A stretch of 64,000 nt of DNA from a virus, in IMG/VR virus record IMGVR_UViG_3300035670_000147, positions 1-64,000 of that record; one strand, written 5' to 3'. The translations under genes and the position numbers were made by a program. Below, piece by piece: positions 36,660-47,204 of the stretch. Each line of letters begins with the position of its first letter. The stretch's first letter is position 1. A model generated the notes under the pieces. It was not told where the DNA came from and ran no database searches. It was given only the letters and a program-made list of their open reading frames with translations.

Positions 36660-38612
36660 GTGCTAAAAACCACCCTCGGCCAGTTAATGATTAACGAAGC
36701 GCTTCCTGAAGACATGCGCGATTACGAGCGCGTGTTGGACAAGAAGACTATGGGCGCGCTGGCGACTGATCTGGCAAAACGATATCCGGATCGTTATCGC
36801 GAGGTGATGAAAAAAATTCACGACGTCTCTCGCGACGTGGCATACACGACGGGCGGTCTTTCGATGGGCTTGAAGGACATTCGCCCCACGTTTGCCAGCC
36901 AACACGCGCAAATTAAAGTGCGCAAAGAACTGCGGCAGATTCTGGCAGACACGAGTTTGTCAGACAAAGAACGCGAGTTGCGAATCCTCAAACTCGCCGC
37001 CGAGACGCAGCAGAAACTTGTCGAAGACGTATTTAACGAAGCCCGCGACGCGAATAACCCGCTTGCCCATCAAGTGCTGGCCGGCGCGACTGGTAACAAA
37101 TTCATGTTAAATTCGCTACTGGGCGCCGACCTGCAATACGTAGACCACCGCGACCAGCCGATTCCGCTGCCCGTAATGCGGAGTTACAGTCGGGGCTTAA
37201 CTCCTGCAGAGTACTTCGCGGCGTCTTTCGGCACGCGTAAGGGTGTTATTGACGTAAAGACTGCCACAGCAGACGCCGGATTTTACGGCAAGCAACTAAC
37301 GCAGATGGCGCACCGTTTACTCGTTACAGCCGACGATGACGACGACGAAGACAGGCTTAGAACTGCGCACAATCGCGGCCTGCCGTCCGACGTCGACGAT
37401 CCGGACAACGAAGGCGCTTTTTTAGCGCGACCTGTGGGGCCATACAAGCGAAACACTGTACTGACGCCCAAAATTCTCAAAGATATCAAAGCGATGGGCG
37501 TAAAAGATATTTTAGTGAGAAGCCCGCTCGTCGGTGGGCCAGAAGATGGCGGCGTGTACGCCAAAGACGTCGGATACCGCGAAAAAAGTCGGGTGCCGCC
37601 GGTCGGCGATTATGTCGGCATTGCCGCTGCGCAAGCGCTGTCTGAGCCAGTCTCGCAATCGCAACTATCGTCTAAGCACTCGGGCGGTGTTGGCGGCGCA
37701 AAGTCTATTTCTGGCTTCAAGGCTATCAACGCGCTAGTACAAGTGCCGCGCAAATATCCTGACGGCGCGACGCACGCTCAGCGCGAGGGTCGCGTGCAGG
37801 AAATACGCCCGGCGGCGCAGGGCGGATTTTATGTCACGGTAGACGGCGAAGATCATTACGTCCCGGCCGACCGGCAGGTCTCCGTAAAAAAAGGCGACGT
37901 GCTGGAGGCCGGCGACGTGCTGTCCGACGGCATGCCAAACCCGGCCGAAATTGTTAAGCACAAAGGCGTCGGCGAGGGCCGTAAATACTTTGTGCAGGCA
38001 ATGCGCCAAGTTTTAGGCAACTCAGGTATCACCGCTCAGCGCCGAAACATTGAACTCGTGGCGCGGGGTTTGATTAATCACGTTCGGCTGACCGACGAAT
38101 ATGGCGATTACGCTCCGGACGACATTATTCCGTATTCCATGCTTGAGCGCTCGTGGCGCCCGCGCTCCGGAGCCGTGGCGTCAGCGCCCAGCGCGCTTGT
38201 AAATCATTATTTGGAAGAACCCGTACTGCACTACTCGGTCGGCACAAAAATAACAAAAAGCGTCGCTGACAATTTAAAGAAGTACGGTATTGCAACAGTG
38301 CAGGCTCACAAGCAGCCGCCGCCGTTCGAGTCAGAGATGGTGCGCGGCATGGCGAATATATCGAACGACCCCGACTGGATGACCCGCATGCTGGGTTCTT
38401 ATCAGGAGCGCGGGTTTTTAAACAGTGTTCACCGCGGACTGGCCAGCGACACGGCCGGCAGCAGTTACGTTCCGGCGCTGGCACGAGGCGAAGAATTTGG
38501 CAATTCTGGCCCCACAAGCGGCTGGAAACCTGCGCCGCCCTCCGGTAGCATATTGCAGCCCGTCCCCAAGCCCCCGACAAGTCCGCTAGGCTCTGAGCCA
38601 AAAACACTGTAA
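36660..38612 (+). CDS. rpoC: RNA polymerase beta' C-terminal subunit
   Basis: TTLGQL..N, GLTPAEYF..GTRKG..TADAG (bridge helix), VGIAAAQALSEP.SQ.QL..KHSGG (trigger loop). Confidence 0.92.
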   Translation: MLKTTLGQLMINEALPEDMRDYERVLDKKTMGALATDLAKRYPDRYREVMKKIHDVSRDVAYTTGGLSMGLKDIRPTFASQHAQIKVRKELRQILADTSLSDKERELRILKLAAETQQKLVEDVFNEARDANNPLAHQVLAGATGNKFMLNSLLGADLQYVDHRDQPIPLPVMRSYSRGLTPAEYFAASFGTRKGVIDVKTATADAGFYGKQLTQMAHRLLVTADDDDDEDRLRTAHNRGLPSDVDDPDNEGAFLARPVGPYKRNTVLTPKILKDIKAMGVKDILVRSPLVGGPEDGGVYAKDVGYREKSRVPPVGDYVGIAAAQALSEPVSQSQLSSKHSGGVGGAKSISGFKAINALVQVPRKYPDGATHAQREGRVQEIRPAAQGGFYVTVDGEDHYVPADRQVSVKKGDVLEAGDVLSDGMPNPAEIVKHKGVGEGRKYFVQAMRQVLGNSGITAQRRNIELVARGLINHVRLTDEYGDYAPDDIIPYSMLERSWRPRSGAVASAPSALVNHYLEEPVLHYSVGTKITKSVADNLKKYGIATVQAHKQPPPFESEMVRGMANISNDPDWMTRMLGSYQERGFLNSVHRGLASDTAGSSYVPALARGEEFGNSGPTSGWKPAPPSGSILQPVPKPPTSPLGSEPKTL

Positions 38613-38658
38613 ATTATTAGAGTTGCGAGTTTATATTTGCCGCATGGAGGTGGCGCAC

Positions 38659-41061
38659 GTGTATAACAAAAAGCAAAAAGAAGCGTCGGGAAAGCACTGG
38701 TTAAACGTTGTCCGGTCATATGACCGCACCCGCACCAAATCTGCCGAACTCGGCGGCCGCGGAGACGACGTAGCGTTTGAACAGGCTTTTTCGAACCTTG
38801 CGCACGCCTATCTCCGCGACGGCGCGCCGAAGTTGATGGACCACGAAATCGGTTTCCAACTTCTCGACCGCAACCGAGAAAACACAAAAGCCGTCGGCGT
38901 TTTTGCGTTTAAAGTCGGTTCCATGTGGTTGTACGCCCCGGTGTTCTTTTTGAACGGCGACCTCAAGGGCCACGAACTCCTGTACATCAAGAATCAGGAC
39001 ATGTTCGTGCCGCTTAAGGAAAATTGGGTGAATTACCTTGTGAACCGCAAACCCAGCATTTTGGGGAGCGGCATCGACAAGAATTTAACGCAATTTGGGC
39101 AGCGGCAGCCGGACTTCACGCAACTCTCGCGGAGCCCGGCCAAGTTCGGGTCCGCCCAGCCAACGCTGAAAGAGATGATGACCGCCGTGATGCCGACACT
39201 GGCCAAGACCGCCACGATGAACACCAAGTTGGCATTTGAAGAACTTGGTCACAAATTGAATCTCAAAGAGTTTTTGAAGCAGGCGGGGCTGGAAACAATT
39301 TCGGCGCTGGTGAAGACCTGCCAGTACGCGCCGCATCTCGCCGAGGCAATCGATGAATTTCACGGTTTAGATATTATTAGCGAAGCGATTAGCGCCGCGA
39401 ACGCCCGCACCGCCGCCGCTAATCAAAAAGTTGCCAGCGTTTTGTCCGAGGCGCCCGATACGCCCAAGGCCATGGCGACATTAAAAGTCATTACGTACGA
39501 CGCAACAATGCAGACGGCGCTTCCTCCCGGGTATAGCGAGGAAGATCAAGAAAAATTATTGCGCGACGGAATTCTGATCAAGGACATCCGCGATCGCGAT
39601 AACGTTTCTGTGCCGTACAACATTCAGGTCGAAAAGAAGTTGTTCAACCCGACCGACAGCGGCCTCTACATGGTGCTAGTCAAGCCGGGCGACGTCGAAA
39701 AATGCTACATCGCCGTACACCCGATGGGGTCGTGCAAGCGGAGCGACTTTGTCACCGTCGTGCGCACCGAAGGCACGCCCGAGTGGATCAACATTCGAGC
39801 CGACCGCGTGTTCTGTTTAAGCCGGGTCGAGGGCGACGAGTTCGATTCTTGGTACAACGGGCTCCCCGACGCCGACAGCGTATCAAAGAGCGGGCGCTAT
39901 ATGGCAATTCACAAATGCGGCGACACCACAGTGCCGTTCCGCGTTTTGCGCGAATACGGCGACACAGAGTTTGGCGGCAACGCTTACGAAGTCCACATGG
40001 AAGATCGCTCTGATTTCCCGCCCAAAGGCCACATTAGCGGCTGCGGCTACACCGACGCATTAAACTACGACAAGTATCGCGACGGGGTGCGTGTCCACTT
40101 AAAAGGCAAGGGCGGCTCTAAACTTCGCGTCAGCATGGGCGACGTCTTTGTGCCGGAAGGCTATAAGTTACTGAAATGCGCCCCCGGCGAAGACGATCAG
40201 ACAAGCGCTGACGGCCAAGAGGCGTGCGGCTGTGGCGAGAGCAAAAACCCGCCGCTGATGCCGGGCAACCTCGCGGACGCGCAGTTGTCGCTCATGCAAA
40301 AATTAGGCAGTGTCACGATTTATCACAACGGCACGGCCGTAGAAATTCATAGCCCCAAAAAGCAACTCGTTGAAAAAGAACTGTCGGAGAAGCAGGCGTT
40401 GGCGTCTCTGGTCGAGCGCCACGGGTTACGCGAAGAAGCCGCCCGAACGTTGCTCGACAACGCAAAAGCCCGCCGTAAGTTTTCTTGTCACATCAAGTAC
40501 GCCAATCCGTACGGCAGCCCGATGATGATTCAAAACGCCCCAACAGCCCCGGCCGACCCCGGCCCGGTTATGGGCGGCGAAACTATCATGGGAACCAGCG
40601 TGCCGACACAACTTGGCATCGATGTCGGCGTGCCGGTGCCGGGGATGTCCGCCAGCCAAACAGATCGCAGCGTGTATAACCCGAATACAGAGTTAGATCA
40701 AAACTCCGTGAAACAGGTTCTTGACGCGGCGCAAACCGGTCAGCGCGAAGTATTTGATACTGCGATGATCGGTACGATGCTGCGCGCCGTGCGGGACGAC
40801 GGCCTTGTTGACCGTTATATGGGCGAGTTGACGAAGGGCCTCGATAAGTTGGGCCGCATTTTGTTTATGTTTTACTGGCACGGCGACCGGTTTGCCGATC
40901 GCTACGGCAAGGCTGACATGCCGGAATTAGAGGATTCGTTGCGCAACGCGTTTGAAATGTTGGGCGACGTAATTTTGTTCCTCAAGCAAAAGACGATCGA
41001 ACCGTACCCTGAAGAAGAGTCGCAAGACGTCGATCTCGGCGCCGCGGCTGGCGCATCGTAA
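38659..41061 (+). CDS. large putative head/core structural protein
   Basis: GGAGG RBS with GTG start; TKSA, LKQA, QKVA and IKYA motifs; lies upstream of the head module. Confidence 0.6.
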   Translation: MYNKKQKEASGKHWLNVVRSYDRTRTKSAELGGRGDDVAFEQAFSNLAHAYLRDGAPKLMDHEIGFQLLDRNRENTKAVGVFAFKVGSMWLYAPVFFLNGDLKGHELLYIKNQDMFVPLKENWVNYLVNRKPSILGSGIDKNLTQFGQRQPDFTQLSRSPAKFGSAQPTLKEMMTAVMPTLAKTATMNTKLAFEELGHKLNLKEFLKQAGLETISALVKTCQYAPHLAEAIDEFHGLDIISEAISAANARTAAANQKVASVLSEAPDTPKAMATLKVITYDATMQTALPPGYSEEDQEKLLRDGILIKDIRDRDNVSVPYNIQVEKKLFNPTDSGLYMVLVKPGDVEKCYIAVHPMGSCKRSDFVTVVRTEGTPEWINIRADRVFCLSRVEGDEFDSWYNGLPDADSVSKSGRYMAIHKCGDTTVPFRVLREYGDTEFGGNAYEVHMEDRSDFPPKGHISGCGYTDALNYDKYRDGVRVHLKGKGGSKLRVSMGDVFVPEGYKLLKCAPGEDDQTSADGQEACGCGESKNPPLMPGNLADAQLSLMQKLGSVTIYHNGTAVEIHSPKKQLVEKELSEKQALASLVERHGLREEAARTLLDNAKARRKFSCHIKYANPYGSPMMIQNAPTAPADPGPVMGGETIMGTSVPTQLGIDVGVPVPGMSASQTDRSVYNPNTELDQNSVKQVLDAAQTGQREVFDTAMIGTMLRAVRDDGLVDRYMGELTKGLDKLGRILFMFYWHGDRFADRYGKADMPELEDSLRNAFEMLGDVILFLKQKTIEPYPEEESQDVDLGAAAGAS

Positions 41062-41071
41062 TAGGTGAAAA

Positions 41072-41470
41072 ATGGCAAATACAGTCTGGTCCGGTAAAAA
41101 AGAATTTACAGCAGTTAGCGGCGCCGAGACGGTAGTTTCCGTGCCGGCGCCTGCCCGCGGAGAACTGCGCGGCTACACGCTTGTGCAGTTAGACGGTGCG
41201 GCCGCGGGTATTACGGCGTCGCTGTATACCAGCACAAAATCCCCTGAAGAGATTTATCATTTAGTTAATCTCAGCACGGCGGCTACTGTAACTTCTGATT
41301 CTGATGTCGTGGCTATCTTAGAAAACAATAGCCTCTCTATTGCTTATCAAAATCGTGACGGAACGCCGTCGCTGCATCAGCGGTATTTGTACCTCAAAAT
41401 TACACCCGCGGGCACCGGCACAAAGTCTTTTGTGCTGTCGATTACGGTGGAAGATTCGCGGGTTAAGTAA
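41072..41470 (+). CDS. beta-rich putative structural protein
   Basis: 132 aa, Thr/Ser/Val-rich. Confidence 0.6.
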   Translation: MANTVWSGKKEFTAVSGAETVVSVPAPARGELRGYTLVQLDGAAAGITASLYTSTKSPEEIYHLVNLSTAATVTSDSDVVAILENNSLSIAYQNRDGTPSLHQRYLYLKITPAGTGTKSFVLSITVEDSRVK

Positions 41471-41491
41471 TACTGGCTTGGCAACAGCGCT

Positions 41492-42439
41492 ATGTCGGCG
41501 TCGCACATTTTAAACCCCTCGTTTCGCGACAATCCGTGCCGCGCCCCGCACTGGAAGTGGCTTCGCGTACAAGAAATTGACGCCGGCGGTCAGCGGGCGA
41601 CCCGCGCCATCGACGGCCCCGACGGATTTACGTGGATTCGGCGGGCCGTGCGAATGAAGCGGCGTTACGAGCGCGCGGGTAATCGCCGAGACGCGATGCA
41701 CGCGCTCATTCTGCGCGATAAAGAGTTATTCTGGGCGCACTCGATCTGGCTGGCCGAAAAGAATCCCGTGCGCTGGGGTATCGAGGCGCGCGTACTGGCC
41801 GGCGAAACAAACGAAGAAATTGCCAAAAAGGTTGGGACGGACCCGGGCGTAATTGACGCTTACATAAGCGTGTTTTTCGACGTCCGGGACCGGCTGCAGA
41901 ATCTTGATTATGTGCAAAACGTGATTATGGCGGATGCCGTGACGCGGGGGCTTCAGGAGCGGCACTACGACCTACTTTGGAAACTGCTCGGGTTTAAGGG
42001 CGGGCAGCATGTACTTGACGCCGTTATTAACCGCGGCACAGACGTCGCCAAGCCAACTTCGTCAGACGGCGTAGGTACGTTTTTCCAAGACTTTGCAATT
42101 AGTTCTATGAAGTACAAAGCAGCCTTGGCGAGCCTGACGGTACAGGTCAACACTCACACGCAACTGCCGCTTATTGAGTCGTTTGTGAAGTACGTTGAAA
42201 TCGAGAAAAACAGCGATAACGCAATGAAAGCCCAGTCGTCAATCGTCGATAACATCGGCGTAATGTTGACGTCTTTGCCGTTCAAAATTGGCACAAAACT
42301 GGATTCCGAGGGTGCAAAAATGTTACCCTTTGATAACGGCGCAGCAGAATTGCGCGGCGACGAAATGCTGGTTATTTCTGCCGGCGGGCAACTTGAGAAT
42401 ACCGCCGATATCCAAAAATTAAGTTTCCCGGGAGATTAA
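41492..42439 (+). CDS. hypothetical phage protein
   Basis: 315 aa ORF in the morphogenesis operon. Confidence 0.7.
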   Translation: MSASHILNPSFRDNPCRAPHWKWLRVQEIDAGGQRATRAIDGPDGFTWIRRAVRMKRRYERAGNRRDAMHALILRDKELFWAHSIWLAEKNPVRWGIEARVLAGETNEEIAKKVGTDPGVIDAYISVFFDVRDRLQNLDYVQNVIMADAVTRGLQERHYDLLWKLLGFKGGQHVLDAVINRGTDVAKPTSSDGVGTFFQDFAISSMKYKAALASLTVQVNTHTQLPLIESFVKYVEIEKNSDNAMKAQSSIVDNIGVMLTSLPFKIGTKLDSEGAKMLPFDNGAAELRGDEMLVISAGGQLENTADIQKLSFPGD

Positions 42440-42440
42440 C

Positions 42441-44375
42441 ATGCGTTCACTCAGCAAGGAAGCCGAGCAAAAATTAATTGGCGCGATCGAAAAGGCCGCC
42501 ACGCTCGTTAACGAAGGCGCGACCCCGACAGACGCAATTATCAAAAGCGCGCGCGAACACGATATTCCGTCGGGCCACATTAACCTTATGGTGCACGCTT
42601 ACAACACCGGGCGCACCACGACGCAACGAGAAAAAGGAGAAAGCACGCTGGAAAAAGCGGCGGAATTTCCGTTGGCAGACGTTAAAGACGTGTTAAACGC
42701 CCTGTATCCCGAAACGGTAAAGTCCTCGTCTGAGATTAAGCGCGCAGAGGCGGTCTCCACGGAGTATGCGCTGCCAGTCGCTGGCATGCTGGCCCGCCGG
42801 CGCGGAGAGATGCAAAAGGCCGCTGCGGCTCAAGTCGCGCTGCCAGAAAAGACTTGGACGCCGCCACCGCGCGACGCCCACGCGGCTGTCATGCGCGCGC
42901 AAAGCGAAAAAGTTGCGGCGCAGCGGGCGGAAGAAGAAAAACGGCGGCAAGCGTCAGCGGCGTACAGCAAGGCCGCCGCCGCCATGGATGAAATAAATAT
43001 TTATTTCAGGACGCCCGGCAACATGCTATTCGGCGACGCTGTCCGAGAAGTTGGCTTACGGTTCGGCGACCCGGGTGTTTCAGTGCTGCAAAAAGTTGCG
43101 GCCGTATACCCGCACTTTACGAAACAGGCAGATAGCAAGAAAGCGCACTTTGGCGCAGACCCTGTTTACGAGTTGGTGCAAAATGTTCTGGACGCGGTAG
43201 GTGCGTATAACAGCGCGCAAGGAGCCGTAGTCACAAAAAAATCTGAAGCGGTCAGTAAGAAAACCGCACCAGAATTTCTTACAGGCTCGATCCTGACAGC
43301 GATTCAAGAAGCGCCGCTGACATTAAAAGCCGCCGAAAGAAAAGGCGGCCCGGGAACGAACCCGCTCGGCGACCGAGCCAAGAACACGAACAAGCAGCCG
43401 CCAAAAGACAAGACGCCCCATATACCCTCGTTAAAGTCTACTCCCAAGCGTGAAGAGCCAGAGCCCGCCCCCGGCCCGGCACCGTCAGCGAATATTGACC
43501 CTCGCACAGCCGTTGACGGCCCGGATGACTGGGACGTGGGACCGACCCCCGAATTAGACGCGGCACTCGAAGAAATATCTTTTGGAGAGCAGTTAGACCG
43601 GAATAGGGCCGACGCAGCCGCGCGCAACCAAGAATACGCGCGGCAAAAAATGCTTGACGAAGCCAGCGAATACGAACGCGCCGAAAAAGAAAAACTGCAA
43701 GACGCTTTATTTAACGAAAGCGAAACAAAGCGTGTGCAGCAAGAGCGGGACGAGGCGTATGCCAGAAAACTTCGGGACGAAGACTTGGCCGACGACGCCG
43801 CGGCCGCAGAACAACTGAAAGCCGAGCAAGCACAAGCCGCCGAAACAAAGAAACAACGGCAAGAAACTTGGAGCAAAGGTAAAGACATCGGCAAAAACTT
43901 TGGCGAAGGTGTTAGCAAAACCATTAAAGACACGGTCGGCGAGCCGCTGACCGGGCCGGCAAAATTTATTGGACAACTGCTCGGGGCGAAGGACCTGAGC
44001 GCCCTATCACCCATTAAAGATAAAGACCCGAAAAGCATGCTGCGCGAGCAGTATCAACAACTCACTGATCCAAGCCACGAAAATGCTCTCAAGACAATTC
44101 GCGCAAAAAGCATTGTCCACGACATGGTGCTAAACGACCCAGTTATCTCGGGTTACGACCCGCAAGACGTCGCGATGGCATTTAACGAGATTGCGGAGTT
44201 GGCTCCGAGCCTCATTGACGCCCCGGGCATGATCCGCCCGCTGCTGCGTAAGCGCTTAGAGTCGGGACAGTTGGCCGACTTTGACGTTAAGCAAATTTTG
44301 GAGATGGACAAACTCCGGGCCGACCGCGATAAGACTTTGATGGACGTCAAAGACAAAACTCTCAACCTGCTGTAG
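42441..44375 (+). CDS. putative head/core protein rich in K-x-A motifs
   Basis: IEKAA, IKSA, LEKAA, QKAA, QKVA, TKQA, LKAA; coiled-coil middle region. Confidence 0.6.
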   Translation: MRSLSKEAEQKLIGAIEKAATLVNEGATPTDAIIKSAREHDIPSGHINLMVHAYNTGRTTTQREKGESTLEKAAEFPLADVKDVLNALYPETVKSSSEIKRAEAVSTEYALPVAGMLARRRGEMQKAAAAQVALPEKTWTPPPRDAHAAVMRAQSEKVAAQRAEEEKRRQASAAYSKAAAAMDEINIYFRTPGNMLFGDAVREVGLRFGDPGVSVLQKVAAVYPHFTKQADSKKAHFGADPVYELVQNVLDAVGAYNSAQGAVVTKKSEAVSKKTAPEFLTGSILTAIQEAPLTLKAAERKGGPGTNPLGDRAKNTNKQPPKDKTPHIPSLKSTPKREEPEPAPGPAPSANIDPRTAVDGPDDWDVGPTPELDAALEEISFGEQLDRNRADAAARNQEYARQKMLDEASEYERAEKEKLQDALFNESETKRVQQERDEAYARKLRDEDLADDAAAAEQLKAEQAQAAETKKQRQETWSKGKDIGKNFGEGVSKTIKDTVGEPLTGPAKFIGQLLGAKDLSALSPIKDKDPKSMLREQYQQLTDPSHENALKTIRAKSIVHDMVLNDPVISGYDPQDVAMAFNEIAELAPSLIDAPGMIRPLLRKRLESGQLADFDVKQILEMDKLRADRDKTLMDVKDKTLNLL

Positions 44376-44383
44376 GGCTAACT

Positions 44384-45841
44384 ATGAGCATGATTAAAGT
44401 CATTCAGCCGCACTCGCAAGAGTTTAGCGAGCCGGTCGCCGCGCTGATTAAAGTTTCAAGTCGGGGCATTATTGGCCACGACAAGCAAGCGTTTGTAAAG
44501 CGCGCCGGGGCAGAGTTCGTCGAAAAAGTATCGCACATTAAATTCGCAAAAGATGAAGTTCCTGTGCACCTGATCGCTATCGGCGCCACTGAAGATTACG
44601 GGCCCAACCGCAACGGCGACGGGTTTAGCCGAGACACTTGCAAAAAAGATCATCATACGTTTGAGAAGTTAGCGCGGTTTTATCGTGACCACGCCAACAA
44701 AAACCCGGCTAAAAGTTTCGGGATTGTAAAGGCGTCGTACTACAACGAGCCAATGAAGCGCATCGAATTGATCTGCGCGCTAAACGGGTCAAAAGAGGCC
44801 GCCGATCGAAACGGCGGACTTCTTGCCGACAAAGAGATGGAAAAACTCTCGTCAGGCAAGGACATCCCCGTGTCCATGGCTTGCAAAATTCCTTTTGATA
44901 TTTGCTCGGCCTGCGGCAATAAAGCCCGGACGCGCGCCGAATACTGCGACTCGATTGAAAACGGCGGACACTGTAAGGCGGGCGGGTTAAAACACAATAT
45001 GGGTCGTGTGCTGGAAGACGGCCACATCCTTCACGCCGACAACATTAAATGCGCTTTTTTCGACATCTCTCACGTTTTCAGGCCCGCCGACCGGATCGCG
45101 TATGTATCAGGCCGGCTGGAAAAGGCGGCCTCAGCAGGGATCATTTCCGGCGCAGAACTTGCCGAGCAAATGGGGGTCACGATGCCGTTTGGGCTCGACT
45201 CTGCCGCGGCGTCGAAACAGGCAGCGAGGCAATTTAACGCGCTGCAGCAACTGGCCCAAGCCGAGCAAGAAGGCGTTAACAACTCGGCCGGCTGGACGCA
45301 GGCTGCGCTTGCCAGTCACCCAGCCGTGCAACCCCCGCTCGATGTAAATTCGTGCCCGTTTGCTAAAATGGCCGAAGTGCTGCGAGGACTTGCCGACGCT
45401 GGCGTGATCTTGTCAGTGCGGGATTTCTTGGCACTTACGGTAAAATCTGCTAATGTAAAACTTGTTGATGCAGTGACTTATGCGCTGCCCAACATTTTTT
45501 CCAAACTTGCGGCAGAAGAAGATATCGGTTCATTACTCGAAAACAACAAGTTCTATCCGGCAGAAGGGGCGTCAGAGTCCGTACGACTTTGGGCCGAAAA
45601 GGTCGCGACCACACACAGCGCGCTAACCCCTAATGTCGAAAAACGAGCGTATTTGGCCGCAATTCGCAACGTTAAACCTGTAAAACCAGAAATAGAAAAG
45701 CGGGCGAGCACCAACGCAGAAATTGCACTTGCGAAGCATTACGCTTTGTATAAGATTGCTGCATTCGCTGCCGCCGGCGAAAAATATCAGAATAACTTGT
45801 TGACAGCAAACCACTGTGTAATGCAAAATTATGTCACGTGA
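44384..45841 (+). CDS. prohead maturation protease (HK97/assemblin-like fold)
   Basis: N.NGDGF, FYRDH (His), PVSMAC (Ser), FFDISHVFRPAD motifs; directly upstream of the scaffold and capsid genes. Confidence 0.75.
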   Translation: MSMIKVIQPHSQEFSEPVAALIKVSSRGIIGHDKQAFVKRAGAEFVEKVSHIKFAKDEVPVHLIAIGATEDYGPNRNGDGFSRDTCKKDHHTFEKLARFYRDHANKNPAKSFGIVKASYYNEPMKRIELICALNGSKEAADRNGGLLADKEMEKLSSGKDIPVSMACKIPFDICSACGNKARTRAEYCDSIENGGHCKAGGLKHNMGRVLEDGHILHADNIKCAFFDISHVFRPADRIAYVSGRLEKAASAGIISGAELAEQMGVTMPFGLDSAAASKQAARQFNALQQLAQAEQEGVNNSAGWTQAALASHPAVQPPLDVNSCPFAKMAEVLRGLADAGVILSVRDFLALTVKSANVKLVDAVTYALPNIFSKLAAEEDIGSLLENNKFYPAEGASESVRLWAEKVATTHSALTPNVEKRAYLAAIRNVKPVKPEIEKRASTNAEIALAKHYALYKIAAFAAAGEKYQNNLLTANHCVMQNYVT

Positions 45842-45888
45842 ACAAGACGCTAACTGCTAATAACAGTTAGGCCTTAAAGGAGATAAAC

Positions 45889-47187
45889 ATGGCACGGATG
45901 CAACGTTCCCTCTTCGCTCAACTTAACGCTCTCGCGGAAGAAATTTCGCAGAGTTCGGTAAAGGCCGCCGCCGAAAAGAAGGCTGGTCCTGTTCCTTCTG
46001 ACCCGGGCGGGTATCAAGGCGCTTCGACGCATCCGTCTGTCAGCGTAGGGAACGACGTGCAGGATGCCCCCTCCGGCGATCGTGCTCGCGAGTACGAAGC
46101 CGACATCAAAAAGCAGCAGGGCGCGGTTTCCGTAGACAGCGCCCCCGAGATGTCGCAAGAGGGCCGGCAGGACGATGTCCAGTTGAACATCGGCACAAAC
46201 GCCGCGGCCACCGGAGAAGACCCGGCTGCTGAAAAAGATTACAAGGGCACCAAAGACGACCCGGGCACCTCTTCGCCCGTTAAAGCCGACGACGGCGAAA
46301 AGTATTCGTCGGTAACGTTTAAGCAGGCGCGCGACGCCTGCAGCACCCTTGGCAACGATATCTTGGCGAACCTGATTAATTTCGGCACGTCGAATCTCAA
46401 GCAGGCCGAAATGCCGGCAGGTTTGGCGAAGGCGCTGCACGAAAAGAAAGAATCGCCCGCCGAAGAAAAAAGCGAACACAAGGGCGAGTTAAAGGGCGAC
46501 CAGCATAAACTTGACGTCGACGACGACGGCAAGATCGAGGGCTCTGACCTCGCCGCCCTTCGCGCCGGCAAGGAAGCCGCTTACGAAGCCGGTTACGAAC
46601 TGGCCGCGGCGCTGGGTGTCGAAAAAGACGCCGCCGAAGCCGCAGTGCGCGAGGTTTGTGCCAGCACAATCCGAGAAGCCGACGAGATGGCTGACTTGTT
46701 AATCGGTTTTTTAACGGCTAAGCAGGCCGGAGCCGATGTTATGGACGAGGCAGCCGCGGGTGAAGATCATGGCGTGCCGGCCGATGCCGCCTCCGGCGCT
46801 AACGACGCGCCCCCGACGGGTGGCGGGCTTGAAGAAATGATGGCCGCTGGACCGGAAGGTGAGGCGGGCGGCGAGATGGGCGGCGAGATGGGCGGCGAGC
46901 CGAGCGACGAGGAAGCCGTGCAAGAACTGGCCATGGCGCTCGAAGAACTTGGAATCCCGCCGGAAGCGCTGCTGCAGGCCGTAGCCGAAGGCGGTGGCGG
47001 CGAAATGGGTGGCGGCGAAGCCGAGGCACCCAAAATGGCCGCCGCGGCCGATCTTAACGCGATCGGGCGTGCTGTTGTGAATTTTAAGCGTGCCGGAAAG
47101 TTTCAGGTCAAGGAAGCGCGCACCAAGCGTTCGCGCCAACTCCGCGACGTCATGAAGCAGCACGTGCTGGAACTCGTTAACCGATAA
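45889..47187 (+). CDS. putative scaffolding/core protein
   Basis: Acidic, low-complexity, many K-x-A motifs, between protease and MCP; AAGGAG RBS. Confidence 0.6.
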   Translation: MARMQRSLFAQLNALAEEISQSSVKAAAEKKAGPVPSDPGGYQGASTHPSVSVGNDVQDAPSGDRAREYEADIKKQQGAVSVDSAPEMSQEGRQDDVQLNIGTNAAATGEDPAAEKDYKGTKDDPGTSSPVKADDGEKYSSVTFKQARDACSTLGNDILANLINFGTSNLKQAEMPAGLAKALHEKKESPAEEKSEHKGELKGDQHKLDVDDDGKIEGSDLAALRAGKEAAYEAGYELAAALGVEKDAAEAAVREVCASTIREADEMADLLIGFLTAKQAGADVMDEAAAGEDHGVPADAASGANDAPPTGGGLEEMMAAGPEGEAGGEMGGEMGGEPSDEEAVQELAMALEELGIPPEALLQAVAEGGGGEMGGGEAEAPKMAAAADLNAIGRAVVNFKRAGKFQVKEARTKRSRQLRDVMKQHVLELVNR

Positions 47188-47204
47188 GTCACGGAGGTTT
47201 ACTA

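Noticed and set aside
31266-38612. Cellular rpoBC operon (bacterial chromosome)
   Set aside because: No ribosomal protein neighbours; the genes are divergent, rearranged and embedded among capsid and tail genes
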